A DNA stretch of 64,000 nucleotides from Diplonema japonicum (lineage: Eukaryota; Protista; Euglenozoa: Diplonemea), in the NCBI GenBank assembly GCA_964019335.1, contig OZ025649.1, forward strand, positions 682,001 to 746,000, written 5' to 3'. The position numbers were made by a program, and so were the translations under genes. Positions 20,150-33,139 of the stretch are shown here, piece after piece. The notes below the pieces were generated by a model. The model saw nothing but the letters and a program-made list of their open reading frames with translations. It had not been told where the DNA came from and did not search any database. Every line of letters starts with the position of its first letter. Position 1 is the stretch's first letter.

Positions 20150-22095
20150 ATGCCACCGAAGAAGAAACGGGCAGCCTCCGTGAGCAGCAGTGAGAGCAGC
20201 AGCACAGATTCGGCAGCATCCTCAGACGATACACAGTATTCAGTCTATGTGGTGGGGAATGTGAAGCTGCTATCAGGCCAAGCCGCGAGTCCTGCAGAAA
20301 TACTTGACTTCCCTACTAAAGAGGCCTCGTTCACTGAGTTGGGTGTCACAGCACGGCAGTCAGCTGGCGGGTTAAAGCACATCGTGATCCTCGCGGATGA
20401 TGGCCGTGTGTACGGCTGGGGCAGCAACAGCCACGGCCAGCTTGGGCTTGACCCCAAGAAGGTACCTTACTGCTACCAGTGGACCTTAATCAAGCAGCTC
20501 TCAAACAAGAAGGTTTCCAAGGTTTCCTGCGGTGCAAACCACACCCTTGCGCTCACCCAGCTCGGCATGGTATTCGCCTTTGGTGCGAACAACCACGGAC
20601 AGCTCGGCACCACGCTCACCAAGATCATGCGCTTCGAACCCCAGACAGTCCCCAAGGTGTGCCTCGTGAAGGACATTGCAGGCGGCGGCGACGCTTCCTA
20701 CGCAGTGGACAAGACAGGCGATCTCTTCATGTGGGGGCACAACAAGAACGGCATGTGCGGGGTGCCGGAGTTCGGGGGAACAGTAGTTGAAAAGCCCAAA
20801 AAGATACCCACCTTTGAGGAGCTAGGCAACGAGGTAGAGGCGGTGACCGCAGGCCCCTACCACGTGGTGGTCAGGTCGGGCGCGCAGATCTACACTTTCG
20901 GGTGCGGCGAGTACGGGAAGCTTGGCACAGGCGACATTTTCCCCCGCAAGGAACCCACAGAGGTCGAGGTGTCCTGGGAGAAGGGCGAGAGCGTACCTGA
21001 CATCACGTGCTCCGGCTACGCAACACTGCTCCTCTCGCACACCGAGAAAAAGAATCAAATAGTATCCACGCTGCGCGGGTTCGGGAAACTGAGCGATGCC
21101 GGCGACGAGTCCATTCTGGAGCCACGCGAGATCCAAATCCCAACAACATCAAAGATCATTAAGACTGGGGCAGCAAAAGGGTGCCAGATGCTCATGACAG
21201 AAGAAGGAGAGCTCTATTCATGGGGGGCATCCGCACAAGGGTTGTTCCAGAAGCACGTTGAGGGCAGCAAGCGGACAGTCCCTCAGAGGGTAACTATGCT
21301 GGAGGGGAAGTTCGTGTCGGACTTCGTGATGGCACAGAACTTCACAATGATCTTCGTCAACGAGGGCAAATCGGAGAAGCGGGGCGACATGAACACAATC
21401 CCCGTGGTATGCACTGACCAGCCTAGCAACAACAATACAGTTCGGGCGGTACTACCAGAACCCTGGTTTTCCTAAAAAGAAGTTCACCTATGAGACCTGC
21501 AAGAAGAGGTTCGAGCTGTCATGCGAGGCGAACAAGTTGATCGACAATTGCAGCGAGGCATCGGTATGGAAGGAAAGGAAAATAAAAGGAAAACCAACAG
21601 TACGACGGCCCGACCAGAGAGGTTGTGGGCGCGAGCAACCTAAAGCTTGGTGATGAAATATCTTTGTGGGTGCAGAATGTCTGGGCATGGGCGACCATCC
21701 GGGAGTATGGATTGACAAAAAGAAAAAAAAAGGCCCTCGCACACAGGATCCACGAAGACAATAAGTTCACCGTCGAGTGGGAGCGGAATGACTGGAAACA
21801 GAATACTGCTGACATCGATCTCGAAAGCGAAAATGAAGATGTTGACTGTGAGAGCCCTAACAGGTGGACATATGGATTTTATTCGTATTGGGTATGCGAA
21901 AAAGGGACAAAAAGTAAGGGGGAATAGGATTCCGAGAGCTCATCATCAGAGAGCACCAGCAGCGACGACGATGAAGACGATGCGAGCAGTAATGCCGAGA
22001 GCGGCAAAAGCGATGAGGAACAAGAGAAGAGTAAAGACGATGAATCCCAAGAGGAAGAAAGCTCCCCTCCCGCCAAAAAGAAAAGGGGTAACTAA
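20150..22095 (+). CDS. RCC1-repeat protein with C-terminal Tudor-like domain and acidic tail; introns 21407-21440, 21564-21600, 21705-21746, 21892-21927
   Basis: Repeated VYGWGSNSHGQLG / VFAFGANNHGQLG / IYTFGCGEYGKLG. Basic NLS-like ends PPKKKR and PAKKKRG. Introns restore one continuous frame. The Tudor-like call is tentative. Confidence 0.85.
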
Positions 22096-22434
22096 GGGGG
22101 GGTAGGGAAAATAAGGCTTCTTCTTTTTATCTCATTTATTAAGAAGTTAAACTGAAAGGCTCCCCTTTCCCCCCGTTTTTTTTTTCACCCCCCCCTTAGA
22201 TTCGATACTGTAAAACAAAATACCCCGGAAGGATAAACTCCCGGAATCTTTTTTTTTCTCTTCGTTTTACAAATTTTTTTAGGGGGACAAGGAAAGAAAA
22301 GAGAGAGTCTTTAACAAAGAAAAAGATCCACCTTTAGATGACCTATTTTATTATGTGTGGAAAGGGTGCAGCACCAGTATGGATCTCGTTCAGAGGGAGG
22401 GAGGGGGGGGGGGGGGGGGGGGTGAAACAAGAAG

Positions 22435-25400
22435 ATGTCTTCGAATGAGTGTTCGGTGACGGTGGCAGTGAGGGTGCGGCCCTTGAACGCGAGAGAGCTC
22501 TCCATGAAGAGCAAGGTGGTCGTGAAGCCAGAAACCACGCACGCTGCGTTGAAGCTAGAGAACGGGACCAACCCGCACAACTTTTGTTACGACCACATCT
22601 GGAACTCAATAGACCCCAAGGCCGACGACTTCGCCAGCCAGCAAACTGTTTACAACGATGTTGGCAAGAAGGTACTAGGCGCTGCCTTTCAAGGCTACAA
22701 CGCCTGCATCTTCGCCTACGGCCAGACCGGCTCTGGGAAGACCTTCTGCATGATGGGCGTTCCTGAGAACCCCGACCTCCAGGGCGTCATCCCCCGCCTT
22801 TCTAAAGCAGTCTTCGAGAAGGTCAACGCGAAGGAAGCACCTCCCAACGGCGTCTCATCTGTCTCGTACCAGATCGAAGCCTCGTATTTGGAGATCTACC
22901 AAGAACGGGTGAAGTGCCTTCTCAACCCCAAAAAGGAGAACCTCAAAGTCAGAGAGCACCCCGTCACAGGGCCGTACGTTGAGGACCTCACAAAGCTCGT
23001 CGTTTCCGACTACGCTGAAGTGCTGCGACTGATCGAGGACGGGAGCGCAGTTCGGCAGGTACGTTGAAAAGTAAATGGGGAAAGAGAAAAACACTTAGGT
23101 TGCCGCCACCAACATGAACGACACCAGCTCGCGTTCCCACGCCATCTTCACGCTCATCCTGACCCAGACCAAGGTGTATCAGGAGGGCGGCGAAGGTAAG
23201 AAGCGTGTTGCCCACGACACAGTCAGCAAGATCAATCTCGTCGACCTTGCTGGGTCCGAACGAGCGAAGTCAACCGGCGCTACTGGTACACGGCTGGCGG
23301 AAGGTGCTCAGATTAACAAGTCCCTCACTACTCTCGGCTTGGTCATCTCCGGCTTGGCCGAGATGTCAAAGAGAAAGAAAGGAGCAGCAGCTCCCCATGT
23401 CCCCTTCAGAGACTCAACCCTCACTTGGCTCTTGAAGGACAACCTTGGCGGGAACTCCAAAACATTCATGATTTCGACCATCAGTCCCGCTGAGGTGAAT
23501 CATGACGAGACTCTCTCCACACTGAGATACGCAGACCGTGCCAAGTCCATTGTGACCAAGGCAAAGGTTAATGAGGATCCCAATACTAAGCTCATCAGGC
23601 AACTGAGAGAAGAGGTATGCTGTGCTGCTGTATCCACTGTTCATCACAATCACAGCTCGCGAAGTATAAAATGAAGCTTGACGAATTTGAGAGTTCTAGC
23701 CGCCCCACATCGATCCCTACCACGATCCCAACCCTGCAGCAAGTCGAGGGCCGGTCGCTGCAGACACCGCGAGGGCTCCAGGAAGTCCCTCCAACGCCTA
23801 GGGGGGACGACGGAATGGCCACCCCGCGTGTCCCTCACGACTCACGCGAGGCAGCTATGATGAAAGAGAAGTTGGAAGCAATGGAAAAACTGATGATAGA
23901 GGCAGGCAAAACGATGGAAGAGAAGCAAGAGGCATCGATGAAGGAGGAAGTTGCTCGGCAAACTAACCTGCGGGAAATGGGCATCAAAACGGTGCATGCA
24001 GACTCAAAGCATCCACACCTTGTGAACATGATCTTGGATGGCTCGTGGATGATTCAGTTGCTCCCCCCAGACGAGGAGCTGACTGTGGGGACCGCAGAGA
24101 GCTGCGGCCTGACCCTGCATGAGGATGGTGTGTTGCCGGAGCATGCACTGGTGAAGTGCACGCAAGTCGACGAGACGTTCAAGGTGACCATCGAACCCAT
24201 GTCCGACGAGGCCGTCATCGAAGTGCACGGGGACGGTGCCATGGTGGAGCCCGACAAAGAAACAAAGCAAGTAGCCCTCACACACGGGGATACCATTGAT
24301 ATAGGCGAGAACATTTTTAAGTTTGTTGACCCCTCGATATCGGCCGACAAGCGGGCGGAAAAGCGGAAGCACCAGCTGGAACTGCTGAAAGCGAACAGAG
24401 AGAAGGACACGGCCCTGGTCCTTGCAGAACAGGTATGTTTTTTTCTGTCGCCTCCGATTTCGTAATAAATAAACTATAGGCGCAGCCCGCAATAGTGGAG
24501 CATCAGGACCCTGTCATTGATGAGGATGAGCTGCGAAAGGAAATCAGAGCTGAGATCTTAGCGGAGCATGAAAAGAAGAGACTAGAAGAAGAGGCGCGGA
24601 AGGAGAAAGAACGTGAAGAAGCGGCCAAGGTTCAAGTGCCTATCTTGAAGCTGCACGAGATAAGCAACTCTGGACCGACTGCACTGAGGCAAATAGGCAC
24701 GTCGCGTCTGCCAAAACCTGGCTCAGGGTTCCTGAAGCCTGCTGGAGGAAGTACGCAAGAAAACCCCCTATCAGCAAGAGGCCCTGCGTCTACTAAACAG
24801 GCAGCAGAGCAGGTTGTTCAGATATTCAAGCAAACGGTAGTGTTGGTAGGGGACGCAGGCGTGGGGAAGTCTTCGGTACGGAAGTGTTTGATGAAAGAGC
24901 CGTCTTTCTGGGAGAAGAAAGATCTCCCTACTGTAGCTCCGACGCTGGGCGTTGACCACGCTGAAGTGAAAGCCAATGTGCAGGGTTCGCAGGTGGTGAT
25001 CTTGATCGAGGACACTTCGGGGAGCCTATTCTATTCAACTACAATGCCCTTCTGCATCCCCAGCCAGCGCTCTGTCGTTGGTGTGGTGTGGGATCTGTCA
25101 GACCGGTTTGACGAGGAAGCGATGAAGACATATGTCCACAATGCGCGGATGCACTCGCCTGGGTCAGCAATACTGCTGATCGGGACGCACAGAGACTCTT
25201 GCAGGGAGAGCGATGACGGGATACAGAAGTTACTGAACGTTGTTGAGCAGGCGGTGCACGCGAGCTTCGTGGGGTGCAAGTTCCTCGGCACCTTTGCAGT
25301 GTCATGCAAGCACCGCACTGTGCAGCATGAGGGAAAATCGTTGAAGTTTAAAGATTTCCTGAAGCTGATCGCGCAAGCCGCGCATGAAAGGTGTCTGCAA

Positions 25401-27032
25401 GACGTGAGCTTCCCCAACGGGAATGTACCGTCATCGGTGGTCACACTAGCTAGAAAGATCATTGAAATGCGGACACAGGGCTCGTGGATGGTCACTTCTA
25501 CAGAATTCAAGGCGACCGCTTCATCTGCCGACTCGCGCTACCACTTCGACATACGTGAGCTCGGTAGGGTGACGAGCCTGCTTGACTCGTGGCGGGTGCT
25601 CCTCCACTACGGGGCGCACCCTACTCTCCGCAAGCAGGTCTTCACGGACCCCTTGTGGCTGTACGGCACCCTCAACGTCCTCAACACCTACAACCACTAC
25701 TATTCTGAGAACTCCCTCTCCTACAGCGGCACAGGTATCCACAGCAACTCTAGGACCTTCACCATCTCCGAGCTCCCGTTCGTCCCATCAGATGCCTTTG
25801 CAAAAGACCCTACCAACTCCTTCACGAGGGGCATTCTCACGCTCCCCCTTGCAATGGTGTTGTTCAAGCACCAATTGTCTCTTATCAAGAGATCTGTGAA
25901 GGAAGTGTCGCACTGCATCCAGCTGCTGATGTACTTCGACCTCCTGTACCCCATCATCCCTGCGCAGGAAGGTGAAGCCATCCTCCCGACAAACGACCTC
26001 CCCGAGCAGCGCGGACAGGAAAATGAAACACCGATCTATCTGCTTCCCTCGCTCTTCACGCACCCCTTCCCTAGCGTGCTCACAGACGTCATGCCTGCAC
26101 TCCTTAACGGCGGGCGGAAGAAGGTCGTGTTCGAGCCCACTATCCCCAACGGGCTGTTCAGCAGGCTGATGACTAGAATCGCAAGGTATGCATAAGCAAC
26201 ACAAAACAACAGCAACAGGTGTGTGAAGCGGCTGTACATCGGTAAGCTGGAGCACCTTACGCAGGACCCGTCGAAGAACATATTGTGGAAGACTGGTGGG
26301 TGGGTGCAGGACTCAGACACCTCCAGGCTGATGTTCTGGGTGAGCAAGAATGAGGTGCATCTGTGCACCAACGTCCCGTCAAGGGAGGGCCTGCCATGCA
26401 GAATGCTTATAGATGGCGTGGTGCAGTCCATCAAAAGCCTGGTGGCAGAACACCAGGGATGCAGAATAAAGGAGATGATGCCGTGCCCTGGTGGGTGCGA
26501 GGGTTGGGTCGAGGTCGTCGACGCTGCGGAAGTTAAATGCGAGAAGTGCAAAAGTGAATTTGAGAGGCGTGCTGTCCTCAATGCAGTGGGATGTCTGGGG
26601 AGGGGGAAGATGGAGGAATCGATGAGGTACTGCGAGGTAGTGTGCAAGGACGATGGAGAAAGGGTCGCGGAGTTCATGGACAAGATCGAGCAGTCAGACG
26701 TGGTAGAACCATCGCTGGAAGAGGTCAAAGAGGCAAGGGAGCTCATCCAGAGGACGCTGCCTGACTCAGAAGCACTCTCCTCTCACATCGAACATGTACA
26801 GCAGCTCCTTGCTAAGATAGACGCCTTTACCTCTGCAGGTGACACCTCTGCCGCAGGGGCCTTGGAGCGGGCCATGAATATCACCTCCACTCACAGCAAG
26901 CTCGTCTCTTCCGCACAAGCACTTGACCAGCTTCTTGAACTCCTCACCAACCCTCCACCCATCGCAGTCAGCACTAGTAGCGGGCTTGGCGGTGCAGGTG
27001 GCAAACTCGCTTCTTTCAAGCGGAACAAATGA
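22435..27032 (+). CDS. Kinesin-3-type motor fused to FHA and Roc-COR-like domains; introns 23059-23098, 23615-23655, 24433-24479, 26186-26218
   Basis: Motor motifs [58 protein letters not shown]-like PHLVN...VG...VLPEHA...[10 protein letters not shown]. GTPase motifs [24 protein letters not shown]-like [11 protein letters not shown]...VFTDPLWL. Confidence 0.88.
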
Positions 27033-27799
27033 AGCAAACAAAAGAGATATTCACGTATAACGGCTCTCTGTGTAAGTTAGCATGTTCGTTGAATAGATGA
27101 GCAAAGAAGAGAGAAACGAAGAAAGGGACTTGGTCACCGTTTTTTTCTTTTTTTTTTTCTATCTCCTTCCCCCCTTTCAGAAAGAAGGTTTCCCATCTCG
27201 TGTGTAGTCGTTCCCCTCCCACCTTTTTTTTTCCCTTCGTCTTGGTAAGATAGATTGATGGCAGTGAGGTTAGTGTGTACTTCAGATATGATAAGAAACA
27301 GACCCCCCCTTTTTTTAGAGATTATTTGCCTCGTGTGTGAAAGTATCGGTTTCCGTTTTTTTTTTCCCTCGTCCCCTATCCTTTTTCTCTTCTATATATA
27401 CCCTCGTTTCTTTCTTGTTCAGCAGAGCCCACTGATGATTCATCGACTTTCCTTTTTTTTTTTTTTTTTTTTTTTTTTTTCGTTCTATTCATCCCCTAGA
27501 AAGAAACGACAAATGACCCAGGAGAAAAAGGGGGGGGGGGGGGGGAGGGGGGGGAGAACGTTCCAGAAGAAAGAAAGAAAAAAACAAAACAAAACAAAAA
27601 AAAGAACCCAGGAACCACCTTCATCTCATCTCTTTTCTGTTTTTTTTTTCTTTTTTTTTTATTCGAAAACCTCCCGTCTTTCCTCTCACTGGGGGGAAAA
27701 AGGAGGGGGAAGATAGTGTGCCTGCTTTTTTTTTTTTTTTTTCTTTCTTTTTTTCTCATATTCTCACACCCATTCCTCACCAACCTACAGAGGAGGACA

Positions 27800-28456
27800 A
27801 TGAAACGCAGCGCGGACGAAGCGTGGGGGAGGCCGTCCTCAGCACCTGTAAAAGTAGAAAAAGTGGGGGATGGCTTATTAGTAAGGCAAAGACCGAGCAC
27901 TGGTACTGCAACAGGGTCAGACGTAAGGGTGAAAAGGCGCCATATGCCTATGACAGGATTTAACATCGAAGGCATGCTAAAGCTGGAACAGCGGAAAAGG
28001 GGCTTTCACGAATTACTAGACAGCGGGCTGTCAGTGTTCTTGGGTTTTGACGTAGACCCAGTACCGCTTGAAGCGTACGGTGTCGAGACGATAGCAGACC
28101 TTGCAACGTGGGAACCGTACTTGCTGTGCCGTTCGCTTGTGGTGCTTGCTGGTGCAGAGGTCCCGACACCTACTGTGACAAGGGTCAACTACAACGTGCA
28201 CCGTGCATTTGAAGCGCGGTTCGAGTCACATACATTGCACGAAATGCTTTCTCTTCCGATCACATCTCTTGTTTCCTTCGGTGAGCGGGCTGAACAAGAC
28301 TTTAAGCTCTTTGACATCACCAGTATTCGAGACCTCGGAACATGGAAGTACGCGGAGTGGGCTCACTGCATCTACAATATCTCCGCTTACGAAAAGATCC
28401 GCACTCGTTCCCACCGCTATAGCACCGACAGCAGCCAGTCTATTTCCGGTGTTTAA
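27800..28456 (+). CDS. Hypothetical protein with an internally duplicated ~70-aa helical module
   Basis: Two copies: ELLDSGLSVFLG...YGVETIADLATWEPY and EMLSLPITSLVS...FDITSIRDLGTWKYA. Confidence 0.75.
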   Translation: MKRSADEAWGRPSSAPVKVEKVGDGLLVRQRPSTGTATGSDVRVKRRHMPMTGFNIEGMLKLEQRKRGFHELLDSGLSVFLGFDVDPVPLEAYGVETIADLATWEPYLLCRSLVVLAGAEVPTPTVTRVNYNVHRAFEARFESHTLHEMLSLPITSLVSFGERAEQDFKLFDITSIRDLGTWKYAEWAHCIYNISAYEKIRTRSHRYSTDSSQSISGV

Positions 28457-28934
28457 GTAGAAGGAAAAAAAAAAAAAAAAAAGGCCTGTCGTTACAAAGA
28501 GGAGGCAGCTTACCGCCCCAAATAAAAAAGAATGCTGAGAAACTGGTGGCCTTTTTTTTTTTTTTTTTCCCCCTGCCCCGCCTTTTTTTTTTATTGTGTG
28601 TGATGGGGCAGAGAATGATGGGGGAGGGGAATCATTCCCACCAAAAGGCATGCAAAAAAAGCTCAATTGATAACCCGTGCCATGCGGCACCGGGTCTTCC
28701 ATGGGTGGACATTTTTTTTCCCCCCCTCTTTTTTTCCCCTTCTTCTTTTTGTTGCCCCCCCCCCTTTTTTTTATCGAGATTTAAATGAGAAATCGGGGAA
28801 GTGTTTTTTTTTTTCTTCTTTTTTTTATGTTATTTTTCTTTTTTATTTTCTTTGCTATCCTTTTTTTTTTTTTATTATTTCTTCTTTCCCCTTCCATCTC
28901 TTCCTTCCTTCAATCCCATGAAGTGGTCGGTAAC

Positions 28935-31202
28935 ATGAACATACCCTACACAATCAACCATGTGGCGGTGGAAGCAGGTGCGAAGGAGCAATGCGTCGAT
29001 GTAAGCATGAAGATCGACTTGGAGGTCCTTAAGGAGGACTATCTGTTGATACCGCTCTTGCAACAGAACGTGGCCATCCTTGACACTAACATCAAGGGCC
29101 CTGAGACAATGCACATGGCAGTGACGAGAGGTAGCCATACGCTGCTGGCAAACGGGAAGGGTGTCTACACCATAGACCTCAAGCTAGCTGTTCCTTACAC
29201 GTCGGCCATCAAGCAGGGTGTCAGCATCCCGTGCCCTGAGTGCATTGACACCACGTGCGTCTTCACTGTTCCAGACGAGGAAGTCAAGCTTCATGTGAGC
29301 CCCAGTGTCGTTTCCCAGCAAAAGGACTCCATGATCACTGCCAAGCTCCCCCCCACGAAGGCCATCAACGTGAAGTGGACTTCGTCAGGGCCCTCCCTTG
29401 CTGCCACCCCGTTGAGCATGACAACCTTGACACCCCCCAGCACCCCAGGTGACCGAGTGTCCGAGAAGCCCGAAGAAAAGAAGCCCGAAAAAGAAAGAGT
29501 CATCACCTCCGGCCAAGAGATCCTCCACAGCATCGGTGGTGGTGTGTGCAGGTCACGCCTGTCGCAGACCTTCACAGTGACCAATGGCAACGTGGCATCC
29601 TTCCAGCTGAAGATCGGGAAGCACGGGTCTGCTTCCCTCAACGCAGGCAGGGACTGGATCAAGTCGCACTTGAAGGACGAAAACCTTGTTAAGATAATCT
29701 CGGCAGAGGGTGCCAACCTCCGCTCGTGGGACTACACAGATGACACAATCACCTTGAGCCTTGACTCCAACACAGAGGGCACCTGCTGCTTCGTGATAAC
29801 CGCAGAGTACGACCTTTGCAGCACCTCTTGCCACTTGTACCTCCCGACATTCTCGCCGATCAACGTGAACAGGAACAAGGGTGCTATAGCCATCCAAGGT
29901 ATGAGCGTCACCACACACCACACACCACAGGGCGCACTGCTGTCGAGATCATTGAGGGTGAGGCTAAGTACATCTCTAAGGTCGACGTTGCGGAGCTTCC
30001 GCCTGACTTGAAGAAGGAGTCGAATGTGCTGTTTGCTTTCAAATATCTAGTGTCGTGCTACAGGCTGTGCCTGGATGCCATCAAGCACGAGGACGTCGAG
30101 GTCATCATTGCGCTGTGCGAGTCTGCGACGTACAAGATCACCCACACAGGGGAGCAGCTGTTGTACGACCTGTCCTTCAACATAAAGAACACGCAGTGCC
30201 AGTACGCCAAGATCCTCCTCCCGCCGAGGGCATCGGTGTGGTCGGCGCTGGTGGGTGGCGAGACGGTGAAGCCCGCTGTGGATGGCTCTGGGAAGACGCT
30301 GCTGCCCCTCATTAAGGGGTCGGACGTGGCCTTTAATGCTACGCTGGTGTTCATCACACCAGCACCGGGCCTGCCGGCCGATAAGGGGAAGATAAACTCT
30401 CTGATGTTTACGTTGCCGACGATCGACCTGCCTATCACGCACTTGAGGACGGAGCTGTGGTTGCCGCAGACACACATCTACGCGGCCTTCGATGGGGCCA
30501 TCGATGAGGTCAAGTACTTCAACGAGGCTGAGGTCCTGCGTGAGGTGCACAACGTGAACCAGTACCAGGCTAAGTTCTCGCACGCCGTGAGCAAGAGGAA
30601 GGCGCCCATGAACAGCAGGAGCCGCATGCGCAACAACCGCATGCCGCTCTCCAATGCGTACAACGCCCCACAGCAGGTCCAGCAGCTTAACCTTCAGATG
30701 CAGCAGCAGCAGCAGCAGATGCAGCAGCAGATGCAGCAGCAGCAGTACATGCCCCAACAGCAGATGATGATGCCTCAGCAGCAGCAGTACATGCCCCCTC
30801 AGCAGATGGCGACGAGGCAACAACTGCCTCATTCCAACATCATGATGAGGCAGATGGAGAGACGCAGCTCAATCTCAATGGCGTCCATTGATGAGGATGA
30901 CTTGGATCTTGATGAGGAGGAAGACGAGGATGCACCTATGGGCGGGATGGCACAGGGGATCAAGCCCCTGAAGGTTTCCACGGACACCCTGAGGAAGGGG
31001 GCGTATGTCGGGGGAAGATGGGGGAAAAAGAAGAAGAAGAAAAAAAAATAGGAGGTACTTGTTTGAAAAGCTCCTGATCCCATCAGGGACAGTCCTCTCT
31101 CTTACCACAGAGACGTGCATGGCAGTGGTGGCTGAAGAACGTATGTTTTGTGTACTGGAGAATCAAGTGAAACAAACAAACAACAGGTACTGTTCAAAGT
31201 GA
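28935..31202 (+). CDS. Hypothetical beta-rich protein with a Gln/Met-rich low-complexity segment; introns 29899-29930, 31003-31051 (3' end uncertain)
   Basis: Three ORFs joined in frame by GTATG...AG introns; strong coding bias; poly-CAG at about 30700-30810. Confidence 0.7.
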
Positions 31203-31973
31203 CAAAGGCAAGAAGGGTTGCTGTATTCAGTAAAAGGGAGAAGGGGAAGAAAAAAAGAAAACACATCGGGAACGGGAAAACGAGAAGGAAAGAAGGAAAA
31301 AAGAAAAAGAAAAAAAAAAGAGAGAATATAGAGCTCACGCAGAAGCCAAGGAGAACAAAACCAAAAACAAACACACATAACAAAACTTCCTTCTAGCCAA
31401 TAGTCTTTTGTTGAGCTTTTTCTTCTTCTTTTTTTTTTCCAAGTAATAATATCTTTTGAAATATACCCATTTCCTCCCATTTACCATAGGCCTTTTCCCA
31501 TACCCTTCTCGTTTCCTTTCTGCACACCCAGGCTTTTTTTTTCCCCCTTTTTCTTTTTTATTGCTTTAAACGTCTTTTTTTCCTTTTATTCTTCTTCTTG
31601 GTGGTTTCTTTCTCCTCTTCCCCATTTTTTTTAAAGCACCAATAGCTTTTAGGCCCCCTTCCTTTTCTTATTCCCACCAAAGAACACCCCATGTTTTTTT
31701 TTTTTTGTTTTTCTTTTTCTTTTCCCATTCCTTTCTCCCCACTTAAAACAGAAAAAAAAGAAGTAAAAAAAAAGATTAAAAAAAAAAAAAAAAAGAAACT
31801 CCAATTCCTCCCCTTTTTTTTTTCCTTCTTTTTCTTTTCCTTGTTCTCTTCTTTAGCTTATTTTCTTTTCCTTATTTTTTTTTTTACCCCTTCTGTTTTT
31901 TCTGCTCGACACATTTCTCACCCCGTCTAAGAGGGGAGAGGGTGGGGGAAGAGAAAATAAAAATAAAGAAAAG

Positions 31974-32954
31974 ATGGACTGCAGTTTAGGCCCGCTACGA
32001 GGGGATTCTATAGCATTCAGGGCGCATGAATACAGCAGCAATAAACAACATATTTTATATGTAATTCGAGTAGAGTGGGGGGCAGGATCGCCATGGTCAG
32101 TGAAGAAGAGGTACAGCGATTTCGAGCAGCTGCACAGGCAGCTGAACGACGTCTACGGCAAGCAACAGGTACCGGAACTCCCAAGAAAGAAGAAGATCCC
32201 AATTGGAGGTATGGCGACTGGATTCGTGGACCGAAGGATGGTGAAGCTTCAAATGTACTTGAGAAACATCATAGACCAAAGCGGCATTTGGTTCAAAATG
32301 AACAGCGACACCCAAGCAGCTGCATCGCAAGGCCCGATCAGTGCGACTCTTGGGATCAATGACATAATCTTCGAATTTTTGGAATTTGCAAGCAACGCAA
32401 TTATGTCGAAGCCACAAACAGGTAAAAAGAAAATGAAAAAAAAAAAAAAAAAACCCACCACAGTGATTGAAGGAGAAGGTGTGACGGTAGTTTCGCCATC
32501 GGACCTCACAAAGCCAAACCCACAGATAAAGGTCCTCCCTATGATGTCTGGGGTTGAACTGGCTGCGTTGCAAGAGAAGCTGTCTGACGTGCCTCTCTTT
32601 GATGACGATGATAAACCTGACATTCTCAAAGCGGAGATGTCGGAGCTGCGGAGGAACGGGATGACCACCTACATCAACATCCTCCAGGCAAAGACCTTGG
32701 TCAAGGAGGCCTTTCTGTCCAACAACCGTCTCGACATCGCCCTGCACCTCGTCCCCTTGATACAAGACCCCCACAACTACCCCCAGCTGGTCGAGCTTAT
32801 TGACTTTGACGCTCAGGTTGATGAAGTCACAGGAGCCTTCTCCGAACACATAAAACGGCGCCACAGGGAGTCACTGAACGCGACCTTGGCTGACCTCCAA
32901 AGCCCCCCTGTCCCAAGGAAACGTGGGATCACCGTGACTCCAATCGATGAATAG
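31974..32954 (+). CDS. PX (phox homology) domain protein; probable in-frame intron 32422-32463
   Basis: WSVKKRYSDFEQLHRQL...VPELPRK...FVDRRMVKLQMYL...IFEFL is a PX signature. The poly-Lys stretch is a 42-nt GT-AG segment. Confidence 0.88.
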   Translation: MDCSLGPLRGDSIAFRAHEYSSNKQHILYVIRVEWGAGSPWSVKKRYSDFEQLHRQLNDVYGKQQVPELPRKKKIPIGGMATGFVDRRMVKLQMYLRNIIDQSGIWFKMNSDTQAAASQGPISATLGINDIIFEFLEFASNAIMSKPQTGKKKMKKKKKKPTTVIEGEGVTVVSPSDLTKPNPQIKVLPMMSGVELAALQEKLSDVPLFDDDDKPDILKAEMSELRRNGMTTYINILQAKTLVKEAFLSNNRLDIALHLVPLIQDPHNYPQLVELIDFDAQVDEVTGAFSEHIKRRHRESLNATLADLQSPPVPRKRGITVTPIDE

Positions 32955-33139
32955 AAGAATAACGAAGAAGAAGAAAGTATGAATCTTTCCTTTCATTGTT
33001 CCCTCCCCTCCCCTTTTTCATGTTCGTGCATGATCCGTGTCCTTTTTTTTTTTTTTTTTTTATTATTATAAGGTATTCGAAAGAATTTTTTTACCCCCTC
33101 CCCCGGATAGACCGCGAAAAAAAATAACAGCGACGGGGG

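Noticed and set aside
30047-30832. Long minus-strand ORFs antisense to genes (also 32097-32864, 47433-48302)
   Set aside because: Shadows of GC3-biased plus-strand coding sequence with no motifs.
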